Positions 48,625 through 60,872 of a DNA stretch of 64,000 nt are shown here, one piece after another. How positions within the stretch are numbered: position 1 is the stretch's first letter; each line of letters starts with the position of its first letter. Below the pieces are notes generated by a model that did not search any database, was not told the origin of the DNA, and saw only the letters and a program-made list of their open reading frames with translations. The position numbers and the translations under genes were made by a program. The DNA is taken from the NCBI RefSeq assembly GCF_052425735.1, contig NC_135761.1, forward strand, positions 8,556,001 to 8,620,000, read 5' to 3'. This DNA comes from Oculina patagonica. Taxonomy: Eukaryota.

Positions 48625-49545
48625 ATGAACAGAACCAATGCAAGTCATATAAACTGCTTCTTTTTGAACGTGAATTTGGAAGAAACGCACGATACATTTA
48701 TCGCAGGTATCCTAACATGTGCTCTCAATGTAGTGTTTTCTTTGATAACATCCACTGGAAATTCAATAATTCTTCATGTCATCTGGACAAAACAAGAACT
48801 TCATTCGCCATCTTTTATCCTTTTGTTTTGCCTTGCTACTTCGGATCTCCTCGTTGGACTGATCTGCCAGCCATTTTACGTGGCGTATAAGATTGCCGAA
48901 CTTGCAGAACACTTAAGCGCATATTGCGTCTTGAGAATGATTCAGAACATGTCTGGTTCGATCACATTTAGCGTGTCTTTGGCAACTTTAAGTGTTGTCT
49001 CTGTTGATCGACTTCTCGCTTTAATTCTTCATTTACGATACAACTCGATTGTCACCGTTCGTCGAATACTTCAAACTGTTATTTTCCTCTGGATCTTAGC
49101 CATAACTGCCGTTACATCGAGACTTTGGATCGTGTCGTATCGTTGGATTATTGCTCCAGTGGTATTATTTCTGTTAACATTTCTTGTTATAACTCTGAGC
49201 ACCTTGAAAATATTTCAGATCGTTCGCAGACATCAGCGCCAGATAAGCCAGCAACAGCAAAGTGTTCAAGGTAACACGCGCACGGTAAACGTGCTCAAGT
49301 GTAGGAAATCTGCCGTGACTGTACTTTATGTATACGGTTTGTACTTGATTTTCTACGTTCCAGCTTTTGTGCTGGTGGCCGTGCAGTCGGTGCAGACATT
49401 CACTGGATACACATTAACGGTAAAAATCGCCTATGACTACGTGGCAACTGCTGTTTATATTAACTCCTTCCTGAATCCACTCGTGTACTGCTGGAGAATA
49501 AAGGAGATAAGGCGAGCCATTAAGAATACGTTGCGGAGAAACTGA
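48625..49545 (+). CDS. Class A 7TM GPCR, 306 aa (small in-frame insertions in ICL3 and TM6/ECL3)
   Basis: Intact ORF; GNTRTVN and VQSVQTF duplications preserve the frame. Confidence 0.93.
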   Translation: MNRTNASHINCFFLNVNLEETHDTFIAGILTCALNVVFSLITSTGNSIILHVIWTKQELHSPSFILLFCLATSDLLVGLICQPFYVAYKIAELAEHLSAYCVLRMIQNMSGSITFSVSLATLSVVSVDRLLALILHLRYNSIVTVRRILQTVIFLWILAITAVTSRLWIVSYRWIIAPVVLFLLTFLVITLSTLKIFQIVRRHQRQISQQQQSVQGNTRTVNVLKCRKSAVTVLYVYGLYLIFYVPAFVLVAVQSVQTFTGYTLTVKIAYDYVATAVYINSFLNPLVYCWRIKEIRRAIKNTLRRN

Positions 49546-50658
49546 TTAGAAAGAGCATAAAGCACTGGATAATAATTGCTGATGAATGAGTGGACTTTGA
49601 CAACGAAACGTCATGGATCCAGAACTTTCAGCGGCTTTGATAATCATTTCTTTCTTTAAAAAAAAAAAACAGAGGCCACACTAATAGTGACCTGGTCTTA
49701 CTTAAACGAACTAAACAATGCATGAAAATTCTTAGAAAAGGTGGTTTAGCTACGGAAGAATAGGACAGTAGCGACCTAAAGCTTAAAATCGTTTGTCCGA
49801 CGTTTTCAGGGTTGACACTAGTTTTACTTGGATAAAATCACTTTAAAACTACTGATTACGTTTACCGTAATCGCATCAAGGAGAATGAATTTATGCCTTT
49901 CTTTAGTTCTTCAAAGGTTATTTTGTTAATCACTGAGTGCACCCTCATAATTCTAGCATAGTTAACACAAAGTTTAGAACACTTTTTCATGATACTGCCC
50001 CTTTAAATTGTCACAAGCCGAATTGCTTCTGTTTGCGTCTTACGTTTCAAACGGATTGATGTAAAATAAAAGTAATGAATTATAAAAACTTTATTTAATC
50101 TGTAAAGCGAAGCAGGTCGAAAAACCTTTTGGTATATCTACAAAATACAGTATCAACCGGATACCGACAGGAATTAGACGAAACTAACAGATTCTTGTAA
50201 AGCTGGCGAAGAAGAGTTAAAGACCGCATATTTCTGGAAAGCACAAAAGGCCGAGTGGAAATTAAGAAAAGCCTTAAAATATTCGAATAATTGTTTGTGG
50301 TGTCGAAAGCCACTGCGCATGGAACTCGGCATGAGAACGTACTTCAGGTGCTTCGAATTCAGCTGAGTGAGTACCGAAAATGACGGAGCATTAACCATTT
50401 AATATCTTGTTACTGACGGCCTGTTAGTCAATTTCGTGATGCAGAACCTATTCAAAATAAGACGAGGAATCTGCCCACACGGACTTTGAGTATTAAAAAC
50501 TTTTATCTCAAACACAAAACGTCACCAAACGTTGTGGCTTTATCTATAATGGAAACCATATCAGAATTAGCAAATCCCCCCTCAGATGCAGGCAGACATC
50601 CTTCAGTATACGTGCACCCAACGATGATTTCCTATCTTTTAATTTTGAAACTGCAAGT

Positions 50659-53600
50659 ATGACGGCTTAAGCCGAGAGGAATTCGAAAGCCCGATCACAT
50701 TGTCAACTGCATCTCTCACATCACCAAAGTCAACTCTTAGTTCGGCTGCTGTAACATTAGAACGCTGTCTCAGGTGGGCAGAACAGCCAATGTAGTGAAT
50801 GAGTTAACAAGTATAGACTGGACATACTCGAAGTAAGTGAAATGAGATGGACTGGATTTGATGAACTGAACACCAACACTGGTGAATACATCTTGTACTT
50901 GGGATTAATTAGAGGAAGAACACCGGAAAAGAGTTGGTCTTGTCCTATGGAAATATAATTATAAGCAAGAACAGCACTACTGAGATAGAACCCGGTCAGT
51001 GATAGGATTATAAGTCTTCTACATGCTAGTTTCAAGTCAAGATATGCACGACTCACAATAATACTGATCAACACACTAAGCAACTAATGATGTGGATGAA
51101 GGAAGCGGGAAGACCCAGGCATGGCATGCTGATCGCCATGACGCCAATACCAAAGTAGGCAAAGACCACCGAGGATGGGAAAGAGCCATGGGAGGGCAAG
51201 GAATAAATAGGAACGATAAATGAGAATGGTGAGAGGACCTTGTCATCGGTGGAACACTGTTTAAGTGTCTTTGTCAGAGAAAGTGTTCCAGACCTTGGAA
51301 GTCGGGGTTCAACCGATTTTCCTGAAACTTACTGCAGAAGTTGGCCTTGATGAGATATTCCAAAAGCCATTTGGATTTGGTTATCTGACTTTTACTTTCA
51401 AAGTTCCAGGGGTTGTCCCATATTGAGCCTTCAAATCATGAAAAATCCTGTTTTTGAAGGAGTAAGTTTGCATTTGTATAAAATCAAACACATAAAACCT
51501 TTTGACTAAATACTTGTAGGCTGTGATTCTACTGGCTATTTAATAATTCCATATAATTTAAGTGATTTTTACATGTAACGTTTGTTATGTATTTTAATAA
51601 GCGCAATAAAGACATTTTATTTATTATTTTATTTATTTATTTTTATTTATAAATGCTCTTTCATTTCATATATGCCGATTCGGCATAGAGGGATTTGACA
51701 GTGTGAGGCATGGCACGAAATTTGGCCAACTTTTGATGAGAAAACCACTACCCAAAATTGCCCAAATTTAGATGTTCATATTTTTTTAATTGCCTAACTA
51801 GCAAAAAAAGACACTTATATTTTATATCAGGAGTTATCCCAATGCATGTAGAACAAAATTCAGTTGAGAAAAATTTGGGCTGTGTAATTTTTTAGTTCTT
51901 TAATGACGCATTTTGAAGCACACCCTGACCTAATTTGCATATTGTCAAAACCAATAGTTTAACATCCATACTTATTTTATTTATTTCCAAACACTTTAAT
52001 TTGCCTTGGTGATGCTTAAAGTTCTTAGGAAAGCTGTTATCACAGTAGCAACGCGAGTAAACATAAATTTTGACTGTTAAAATTGCCAAAAAAAAAATGG
52101 AAAATCAATACTGATGAAATCAGTTCTTTCCGCTCAAAAGCGGTCTTTTTGGACCGGTAGCGCGAAAATTTCTAGAAAATTTACCTTACTTCTGTTTTCC
52201 TCCAAATTTGGAGAACGGGAAGCTGATATGATTAGCCAATTACAGAGCGGTTTTGGGCCAAGACACTTGAATGTGCCTTACATGACCAATTTTTCACAAG
52301 CGTTACCCGTGTTTGCTTAAAAAATTCCAACATGGCGGAATAAACAGCTTTTAAAAGCAGGTGAAGATGGTTTTTGAGAAGGAAGTTGATCCAAAAGGTT
52401 TTTCAAGTCTCAAACAAAGTTATTTGGACGGTTAGCTCGAGATTCGAAGCGAAAAGTTGAGGTAAATGATATTTTATTTTGCTTCGCACATGTTTGGGTC
52501 TGTTCGCGATATGAGCACATGTTCTTCAAAATGCGACAAAAAACCGTTCGGATCGCCGTTGTTTTATTTTTAGAAACTCGCCTTTATCATAAAAAATTAG
52601 TCCTTTGTCGTGTTTGGGAATGTAAAGCTCAATTTCTTTGATTAACACTCGTTTTGTAGGGATTATGCAGCCGTGAGTAGCTGCACGTAACTTGAGCTCT
52701 GACCAGTCGTTGCCATGGTAACTGAAATGCGATCCTTCTGTTTACGCAAGAATAAAATAATAATTAATTCCCTGTTTGGTCTTTTTTAATTCGGTTTTTA
52801 AGACCAATTTTGTCTTAGAACACGGAAAATGATTACTTGGACCTTAAAATTTACACAGTGGAGCGTTTTTGCACTATTTCAGTTTTGCCTAAATTTTGGG
52901 ACTTATTTTACTCGCCTTATTACTGCTGATAGCAGCTTTCCTAAGAACTTTAAGCCTCACCAAGGCAAATTAAAGTGTTTGGAAATAAATAAAATAAGTA
53001 TGGATGTTAAACTATTGGTTTTGACAATATGCAAATTAGGTCAGGGTGTGCTTCAAAATGCGTCATTAAAGAACTAAAAAATTACACGGCCCAAATTTTT
53101 CTCAACTGAATTTTGTTCTACATGCATTGGGATGACTCCTGATATAAAATATAAGTGTCTTTTTTTGCTAAATTAAATGAACATCTAAATTTGGGCAATT
53201 TTGGGTAGTGGTTTTCTCATCAAAAGTTGGCCAAATTTCGTGCCATGCCTCACACTGTCAAATCCCTCTATGCCGAATCGGCATATATGAAATGAAAGAG
53301 CATTTATAAATAAAAATAAATAAATAAAATAATAAATAAAATGTCTTTATTGCGCTTATTAAAATACATAACAAACGTTACATGTAAAAATCACTTAAAT
53401 TATATGGAATTATTAAATAGCCAGTAGAATCACAGCCTACAAGTTTTTAGTCAAAAGGTTTTATGTGTTTGATTTTATACAAATGCAAACTTACTCCTTC
53501 AAAAACAGGATTTTTCATGATTTGAAGGCTCAATATGGGACAACCCCTGGAACTTTGAAAGTAAAAGTCAGATAACCAAATCCAAATGGCTTTTGGAATA

Positions 53601-55638
53601 TCTCATCAAGGCCAACTTCTGCAGTAAGTTTCAGGAAAATCGGTTGAACCCCGACTTCCAAGGTCTGGAACACTTTCTCTGACAATGACACTTAAGCACA
53701 GATATATTCACAAGTTTACCTGGATCTCACCAAATGGTCAAGATTGTAACTAAATTGATCACATCGTAGTCATGGAAGGTATAGGAGGTCTCTACTCGAC
53801 ACCAGTGCGATGAGAGAGACGGATGCCAGCAGCGACCATCATCTTGCACTGGCAAGGGTGAAGCTGAAGTTGTGCAGAGCTAAGAGGAAGAGGAAGAAAG
53901 GGAAAAAACTGTAGGATACAATGAAACTCAGGGACCAGGAAATCAAACAGCAGTTCTGCATTGAAGTCCGAAAAAGATTCGAAGCATTGGCCAACAATGA
54001 AGACAAGACTGTAATGACAGTAATGAGGATGACAGTATTAAGCAGAGTTGGTTGCAGTTGAAGAATGTATATAATGAGAGTACAGAGGCTGCCCTCGGAG
54101 AAAGGAGAAGGATGAAGCATACTGGTTTGGTGCCGAATCATACAGGAGAATGGACTGGAGAAGACAGATCGAAGAGCAACTTGGGCAAGTCAAATCTGAG
54201 CGACTGAAAGAGCAGAATTCAGAAGAGTAAAGAAGAAAGGATAATAGGGTAAAAGCGAGTGCAGTGGTTGATAAGAGAACAATGGTGGACAACATTGCGG
54301 AAGAGCGGCAAATGCAACTAGGAGCAACAACATCAGTGACCTCTACCAGCTGACCAAGCAGATTGTCCAGGTAAAGAGAAACACAATGGCAGCCATTCGC
54401 AACAGAGTTGGGAAGCTTTAATTCTAATGAATGAAGACGAAATCCAAAAAAGATGGAAGGATCATTTTGACCAAGTGCTGAACGTGGACTCTACAAGTAC
54501 TGATGTGCCAAGCAACATTGGCCCTGTTGTTTACAGCAACTACCAGAAAGAATCAGAGATATCGGAAGCTTAGATAAGAGGTGCCATTTCAAGACTAAAG
54601 AACAAAAATGTCCAGGAATGGACTCCAACAGTGCAGAAATGCTTAAGTGCACGTAGCCTGTGTACAGCGGTCCCCCTTCAAGTGCACGCAAGACACTGCA
54701 ATCAAGAAGCTCCATATGCCCTTCAACAAGATTATGGCTGGCTGAGCAGAGGATCCAATCAGACCGGAGAAGATCGCTCGTTATACAAACCCCGAACACA
54801 TGTGACAACTTCCGTGGTATATCTCTCCTATCAGTGCTATCAAAGATCTGTAGAAATCTAATTGATAGAGAAAGGTGTAGATGGGAAGCTTCATCAAGAA
54901 AAGTCTGGTGAGACAAATAATGGGGACAATGAGACAGATATTCACACTCAGAACATCCTGGAGTAGTGTATGGAATAGCAGGCTCCCAATTAAATTAACT
55001 TTGTTGTCCCCAGAAAAAGCCTTTGATAGCGTCATCATAGAGAAGCCATGGACAGAAATGCAGGAATACGGCTTTCCTAGCATGTACATCAACATTATCA
55101 GAGATCTGTACGATCAGAGCTCAAGCTGCGTCCTTAGGAAGAAAGAACATCACACTGGTGTAAGGTGAGAAGTTGTGTGATGCAGGGCTGTGTCATGTCA
55201 AGCTTCATCTTCGTGATCGTGATTGATTGGTCATAAAAAAATACGCTTAATAAAAGAAAAAGGCTGCGTTGGAATCTCACCACCTTTCGAAAAGATTTGG
55301 ACTACGCAGATGATATTGCACTCTTAGCAAGCAGACATAGCGACATGCAGGAGAAGACATCCCGCCTCCACGATACAGCTGAAGTTGTTGGGCTAAGCGT
55401 TAACCCCAGCAAAACGAAGACCATGCGCCTAAATAGAAAGAGGAGCGATTCCATCACTGTTGAAGGCAATCAACTGGAAGACGTCGAAGCATTCACTTAC
55501 CTTGGTGCAATGCTAGACAAGCAAAGTGAAAGGGAGTCAGACATCAAGCAAGGACTGGCCCTTGTCAGAAATGCTTTCGCTTCTCGTCAGCCTCTTTGGG
55601 AATCATCAAAGTACAGCTCTAAAACCAAGCTGCACATT
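50659..55638 (+). mobile_element. Decayed RTE-clade LINE (APE endonuclease and RT), interrupted by a foldback element
   Basis: Fragments VIGGTLFK|HRYIHKFTWISPNG (across the insertion), NFRGISLLSVLSKI, QIFTLR, EKAFDSV, DYADDIALLA and LEDVEAFTYLG; many stops and frameshifts; boundaries approximate. Confidence 0.88.
51265..53691. mobile_element. 2427-bp non-autonomous foldback DNA transposon, TTAA TSD, ~780-bp TIRs
   Basis: TTAA(51261-64)|GTGTCTTTGTCAGAGAAAGTG...CACTTTCTCTGACAATGACAC|TTAA(53692-95); arms about 51265-52047 and 52921-53691; removing it restores the LINE frame. Confidence 0.92.
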
Positions 55639-56160
55639 AGAGTTGGAATTGGTAGGAGGGCGGAACAGCAGCTGCGAAAGATGCAGAGGGGGAAAAAGCT
55701 ATTTTCAATGGCCTCCATCGTCTTCCGCAGCGCGAAGATGTAAACTGAAAGTACGTACAATGAAAACAGAGACAAGATTTTTGAAGCAACACACTAAAAG
55801 TTTTGATAATTAAGATAAATTTCTGCGAGAAAGAGTACTTCTGCTCTCAGGCGACGAGAATGGAAATTGATAAGTAAACAGTGAACAGCGTATAAGTGTA
55901 TATGGAAATTCAAAACAAATTAAGCAAACATAAATTTTTCCAACGTTGTTACTAGTTTTTGATTGGTCAAGAGGATCTGTCTCTCATACTTTATAATTGC
56001 AAGTGCTATGTTAATTTTTTTTATACGACTATGAAACATTAATCAATTTAATTATTTTGATATGACATTTCGTATAACAGCTGCCACACTCATCGTTAGA
56101 GGCATATAAGTTTGTTATCTGTTCCTTTGCATTTATTAACAATCAAACAGTCTGTACAGT

Positions 56161-57066
56161 ATGAACAAAACCAGCATTAATCACTTGAGCTGCTCCTTTC
56201 TCGAAGTAAACTGGGAAAAAACGAAAGATGCTTTTATCGCAAGTATTCTAACATGTATTCTCAATGCAGTGTTTTCTTTGATAACAACTACTGGAAATTT
56301 GGTCATCCTTTATGTCATCTGGAAAAAACAAGAACTTCACTCGCCATCGTTCTTCCTTTTGTTTTGCCTCGCAGCTTCCGATCTTCTCGTTGGACTGATC
56401 TGTCAGCCGTTTTACGTGGCGTATAAAATTTCCGAACTTGCAGACAACTTTAGAACGTACTGTGCCTTGAGAATGATTCAGATTATATCTAGCTGGATAA
56501 CGGGTAGCATGTGTTTGTCAACTTTAAGTGTGATCTCTGTTGATCGACTTCTCGCTTTAATTCTTCATTTACGATACAACACGACTGTCACAGTTCGCAG
56601 AATTTTTCAAACTGTTGTTTTCCTTTGGATCTTAGCCATAACTGCCGTTATATCGAGACTGTGGATCGAGACGAGTCGTTGGATTTTTGCTCCAGTGGTA
56701 GCATTTTTGCTATCATTTCTTGTTATAACTCTCAGCACGTTGAAAATATTTCAGATCGTTCGCAGACATCAGCGCCAGATAAGCCAGCAGCAGCAAAGTG
56801 TTCAATTAAACACGGTAAATGTGCTCAAGTGTAGAAAATCTGCTGTGACTGTACTTTATGTTTACGGCTTGTTGTTGATTTTCTACGTTCCATTTTTGGT
56901 GACGATGTTTGTGCAGACCTTCACTGGATACACATTACAAGTGAAAATCGCCTATGACTACGTGACAACTGTTGTTTTTATTAACTCCTTTTTAAATCCC
57001 CTTGTGTATTGCTATAGAATTGAAGCAATTCGCCGAGCTGTTAAAAATATACTGAGAAAAAACTGA
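56161..57066 (+). CDS. Class A 7TM GPCR, 301 aa
   Basis: Intact ORF; closest to the 58534 gene (ITGSMCLS, YCYRIEAIRRA). Confidence 0.94.
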   Translation: MNKTSINHLSCSFLEVNWEKTKDAFIASILTCILNAVFSLITTTGNLVILYVIWKKQELHSPSFFLLFCLAASDLLVGLICQPFYVAYKISELADNFRTYCALRMIQIISSWITGSMCLSTLSVISVDRLLALILHLRYNTTVTVRRIFQTVVFLWILAITAVISRLWIETSRWIFAPVVAFLLSFLVITLSTLKIFQIVRRHQRQISQQQQSVQLNTVNVLKCRKSAVTVLYVYGLLLIFYVPFLVTMFVQTFTGYTLQVKIAYDYVTTVVFINSFLNPLVYCYRIEAIRRAVKNILRKN

Positions 57067-57510
57067 TTGAAAGAGCAAACCTCAGTACACTTGATAGGAA
57101 TTGGCTACTTTAAATTGAGAAGCTTTGGTGCATCTTAATTGTACTTGCATTTTCTGGAAACGTCTATACTGTAAAACGTATTTAAACTTATATAAATATT
57201 TTCTTATTTTGAATTGTTATTGTACCTTTCTATTCAGCTCCATTGCAATCCGTATTTTAATTATATTTTTTATGATTATAATTCCATTGTAGTTTTTATC
57301 GTGAATTGTCATTGAGAAGACCCCCTTGAAGAATGTCAATAAAGTTTGTATTGTATTTTATTGTGTGAAGTTGTTGAAGCGAGGCGCGTCACTATATTAA
57401 GACTGGTGAAATGCTCCATCGACGGAAACAGAGCCGCCTTAAGATACACAGCAAGACACAGGACGAGGCGGAGGATTCTCCAAAAGGGGTCATTATGGTG
57501 TGAGAAAGGT

Positions 57511-58239
57511 TATATTATTTCATTGCATTTGCTTATTTCGTATTCATAATTATATAAACAAAACTGCTCGCCTGCTTTCAGTCGCGGAGTAGCTTACAAT
57601 CCCGGGAAGAATTCTCCAGTTCACAGCACGGCACAGCAACAAAAATCGATGCAAACATTTTGCAGTACATTGAAATTTATGTGGCAGGAGTTTGACGCAA
57701 AACCGCGGTATAATTTTCGCAAAATGCTGCAAAACGCAACTTTGGAGGGTGAAGAAGGTTTTCAATCATTTTGTAATGTTTACAGAACTAGCGAATACTT
57801 TTTAACGGTTTGAACGATTAACAATCGGAAGGGCACTCTGATTTAGCAAGCATTTGAGAGGCCTCTCACGAAAATTTGGGGTCGTAGCTTGTTTTGTCGA
57901 CGAGCGTCAAGTATGGAAACTTTCAAAAGAATGTGAGAGTTGAGTTAACATGACCTTAGTATTTCCGGACTTCTGCTCCAACGATTTTCCTGAAACTTGG
58001 CTATGGTGTGTATTAAGTGAATATAAGCTGATTCCAGAAATTTAGAAAAAAAATATCAGCAAAATTTTTTACTGGACGCGATTTTGTCCAAAACGTGGGG
58101 TCCAGTTAAACGCCAGTAACACGGAAATATTTTTCACTAGTGAAATCAAATTGAATCGTATCATTACCGACTAATAGGCGAAAGTTTTCCCAAAGTTTCA
58201 TAGCCATCACGTCTGGCCTGGAATAACTACGGAGCCACC
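57511..58239. mobile_element. One-ended TTAA-type (Kolobok-like) DNA transposon fragment
   Basis: Non-paralogous sequence ending ...ACGGAGCCACC|TTAA (58240-43); its GATTTTCCTGAAACTT motif also occurs in the 51265 element's arm; left end not found. Confidence 0.55.
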
Positions 58240-58533
58240 TTAAGCAAACATAAATTATTCCAATGTTATTACTAGTTTTTGATTGATCAAGAGGATCTGT
58301 CTCTCATACAATATAATTGCAAGTGCTATGTTAATTTTTTTCTATACAACTATGAATTATTGATCAAACGTTATGTGACGGGAGCCTCCTCTTGAAATAT
58401 TATTTTATTATTATTATAATTTAATTATTTTAATATGACATATCGAATAACAGGTGCCACACTCACCGTTATCAGCATATAAGTTTGTTATCTGTTCCTT
58501 TGCATTTATTAACAATCAAATAGTCTGTACAGT

Positions 58534-59439
58534 ATGAACAAAACCAGCATTAATCACTTGAGCTGCTTTTTTCTGGATGTAAACTTGGAAAAAACGAAGG
58601 ATACTTTTATCGCAAGTATTCTAACATGTATTCTCAATGCAGTGTTTTCTTTGATAACATCTGCTGGAAATTTGGTCATCCTTCGTGTCATCTGGAAAAA
58701 ACAAGAACTTCACTCGCCATCTTTCATCCTTTTGTTTTGCCTCGCAGCTTCAGATCTCCTCGTCGGACTGATCTGCCAGCCATTTTACGTGGCGTATAAG
58801 ATTGCCGAACTTGCAGACAACTTTAGAGCGTACTGTGTATTGAGAATGATTCAGAACATATCTGGCTGGATAACGGGTAGCATGTGTTTGTCAACTCTAA
58901 GTGTGATCTCTGTTGATCGACTTCTCGCTCTTACCCTTCATTTACGATACAACACAATTGTCACAGTTCGCAGAATAACTCAACCTGTTATTTTCCTCTG
59001 GACCTTAGCCATAGCTGCCGTTATATCGAGACTTTGGATCGTGACGAGTCGTTGGCTTTTTGCTCCGGTGATAGCATTTTTGCTAACATTTCTTGTTATT
59101 ACTCTCAGCACATTAAAAATATTTCAGATTGTTCGCAGACATCAGCGCCAGATAAGCCAGCAACAGCAAAGTGTTCAAAACAACACGGTGAACGTGCTTA
59201 AGTGTAGAAAAACTGCTGTGACTGTACTTTATGTCTTCGGATTGTTATTGATTTTCTACGTTCCATTTTTTGTGGCAATGTTTGTGGAGACCTTAACTGG
59301 ATACACATTAAAAGTGAAGGTCGCCTATGACTACGCGACAACTGTTGTTTTTATTAACTCCTTCTTAAATCCTCTTGTGTACTGCTATAGAATTGAGGCA
59401 ATTCGCCGAGCTGTTAAGAATAAACTGAGGAAAAACTGA
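58534..59439 (+). CDS. Class A 7TM GPCR, 301 aa
   Basis: Intact ORF with all family motifs. Confidence 0.94.
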   Translation: MNKTSINHLSCFFLDVNLEKTKDTFIASILTCILNAVFSLITSAGNLVILRVIWKKQELHSPSFILLFCLAASDLLVGLICQPFYVAYKIAELADNFRAYCVLRMIQNISGWITGSMCLSTLSVISVDRLLALTLHLRYNTIVTVRRITQPVIFLWTLAIAAVISRLWIVTSRWLFAPVIAFLLTFLVITLSTLKIFQIVRRHQRQISQQQQSVQNNTVNVLKCRKTAVTVLYVFGLLLIFYVPFFVAMFVETLTGYTLKVKVAYDYATTVVFINSFLNPLVYCYRIEAIRRAVKNKLRKN

Positions 59440-60498
59440 TTGAAAGAGCAAATTTCAGTACACTTGATAGGAATTTCCTACTTTAAATTGAGAAGCTTTC
59501 ATCTTGGTGCATCTCAATTGTACTTGCATTTTCTGGAAACGTTTATACTGTAAAACTCATTTAAACTTATATAAATATTTCCTTATTTCAGCTCCATTGC
59601 AATCCGTATTTTAATTACAATTTTTTTATGATTATAATTCCATTGTAATTATCATCGTTAACTCACTGAGACGCGCTCCTTAGAGGATGTCAATAAAGTT
59701 TTTATTGTATTTTATTGTGTGAAGTTCTTGAAGCGAGTGGCGTCACTGTATAATAAGCTGGTGAAATGATCCATTGACGGAAACAGAGCCGCCTTAAAAT
59801 ACACAACAAGACACAGGAAAAGGGCGGAATGGGTCCTGAATGAGTCCTTATTGTGGGCAAAAGGTAATATTAAATATGGGTGCAGGTGTTAGCATAAAAA
59901 TGTGGGATTGTGAAACTTTACTATAGCTGTATTACTCGAACTTTACATTGTAGTTGTTTTGTTTGGCCCGAGATAAATTATACTGGATTGAGATATTTCA
60001 GTCGTAATACTATCCGTATAGGATCAGTCAGAATTGGTATAGCTAGAGCTTAAAGCTGTATTTTTATATGCTTCCTTTGATGCATGTGCTCGCAGACCAA
60101 AATCACTGGAACTCAGAATAAATTTAAACCGGCGCGCGGGGGATTGAAGAGTCTCTTTTTTAATGAAATAAGAAAACTGAGTATGAAAACTGTGTGCTAA
60201 AATCGATCATTTAAATACAAAACGAAGTCCTCTTTTAGGTAGCAAAGCTAAAAGCTTGCAAAGCTTCCTTTTTTATTAATTGCCTTCACTGAAGTCATTT
60301 GAGGGCAAGTTTTCTGGCCTCAAACATATTTTTTCCTTTGTATAGTAGAACCTGTTTGCTTATATTTCCAAGTCACTAAAAGAATTTAAGCTGAAAAAAA
60401 AATTGTGTAAATTTCACTGATCATTTGAGCTTAAGTTTTGCCATGCCGATGCCAGTTACTAAAACTGGCTGAATATCGAATATTTCCAAGGATCTTAA

Positions 60499-60872
60499 AG
60501 GGACACTGTCACCAGTTTCACTTCAAAAACTTAACAGCCTTAAGACATAATTATGGAAACTATAAATAGTGGTCCAATTTTGTTAAAATCACCACGCAAG
60601 TGTACTGAAGCGATAAACAAGTGATATTATTGTGATGCTATCAGGAACTTTAGATCTCAACTTGAAAAAGTCAGGCTTATTTTTCAAGTTTTGTGCTTGT
60701 GGAATGGAAAAACACCTTTAAATTAGTTTTGGCTCCCCCCTTCCTTCAACAACAGTTTACGTTATATCTTCATCTTGATGTACTAGGTGTATTTCATGGA
60801 CGAGAAGACCTATTCGCCAATTTTAGTACTTTTTTATCGAAAGTCATTAACCGATCCCCGTGAGGTGTCCCT
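60499..60872. mobile_element. Kolobok-like MITE
   Basis: TTAA|AGGGACAC...GTGTCCCT|TTAT; absent from the paralogous spacer at about 32340. Confidence 0.65.

Noticed and set aside
50659-55743. Functional reverse transcriptase gene
   Set aside because: Multiple stops and frameshifts, a 2.4-kb insertion and 3' truncation.
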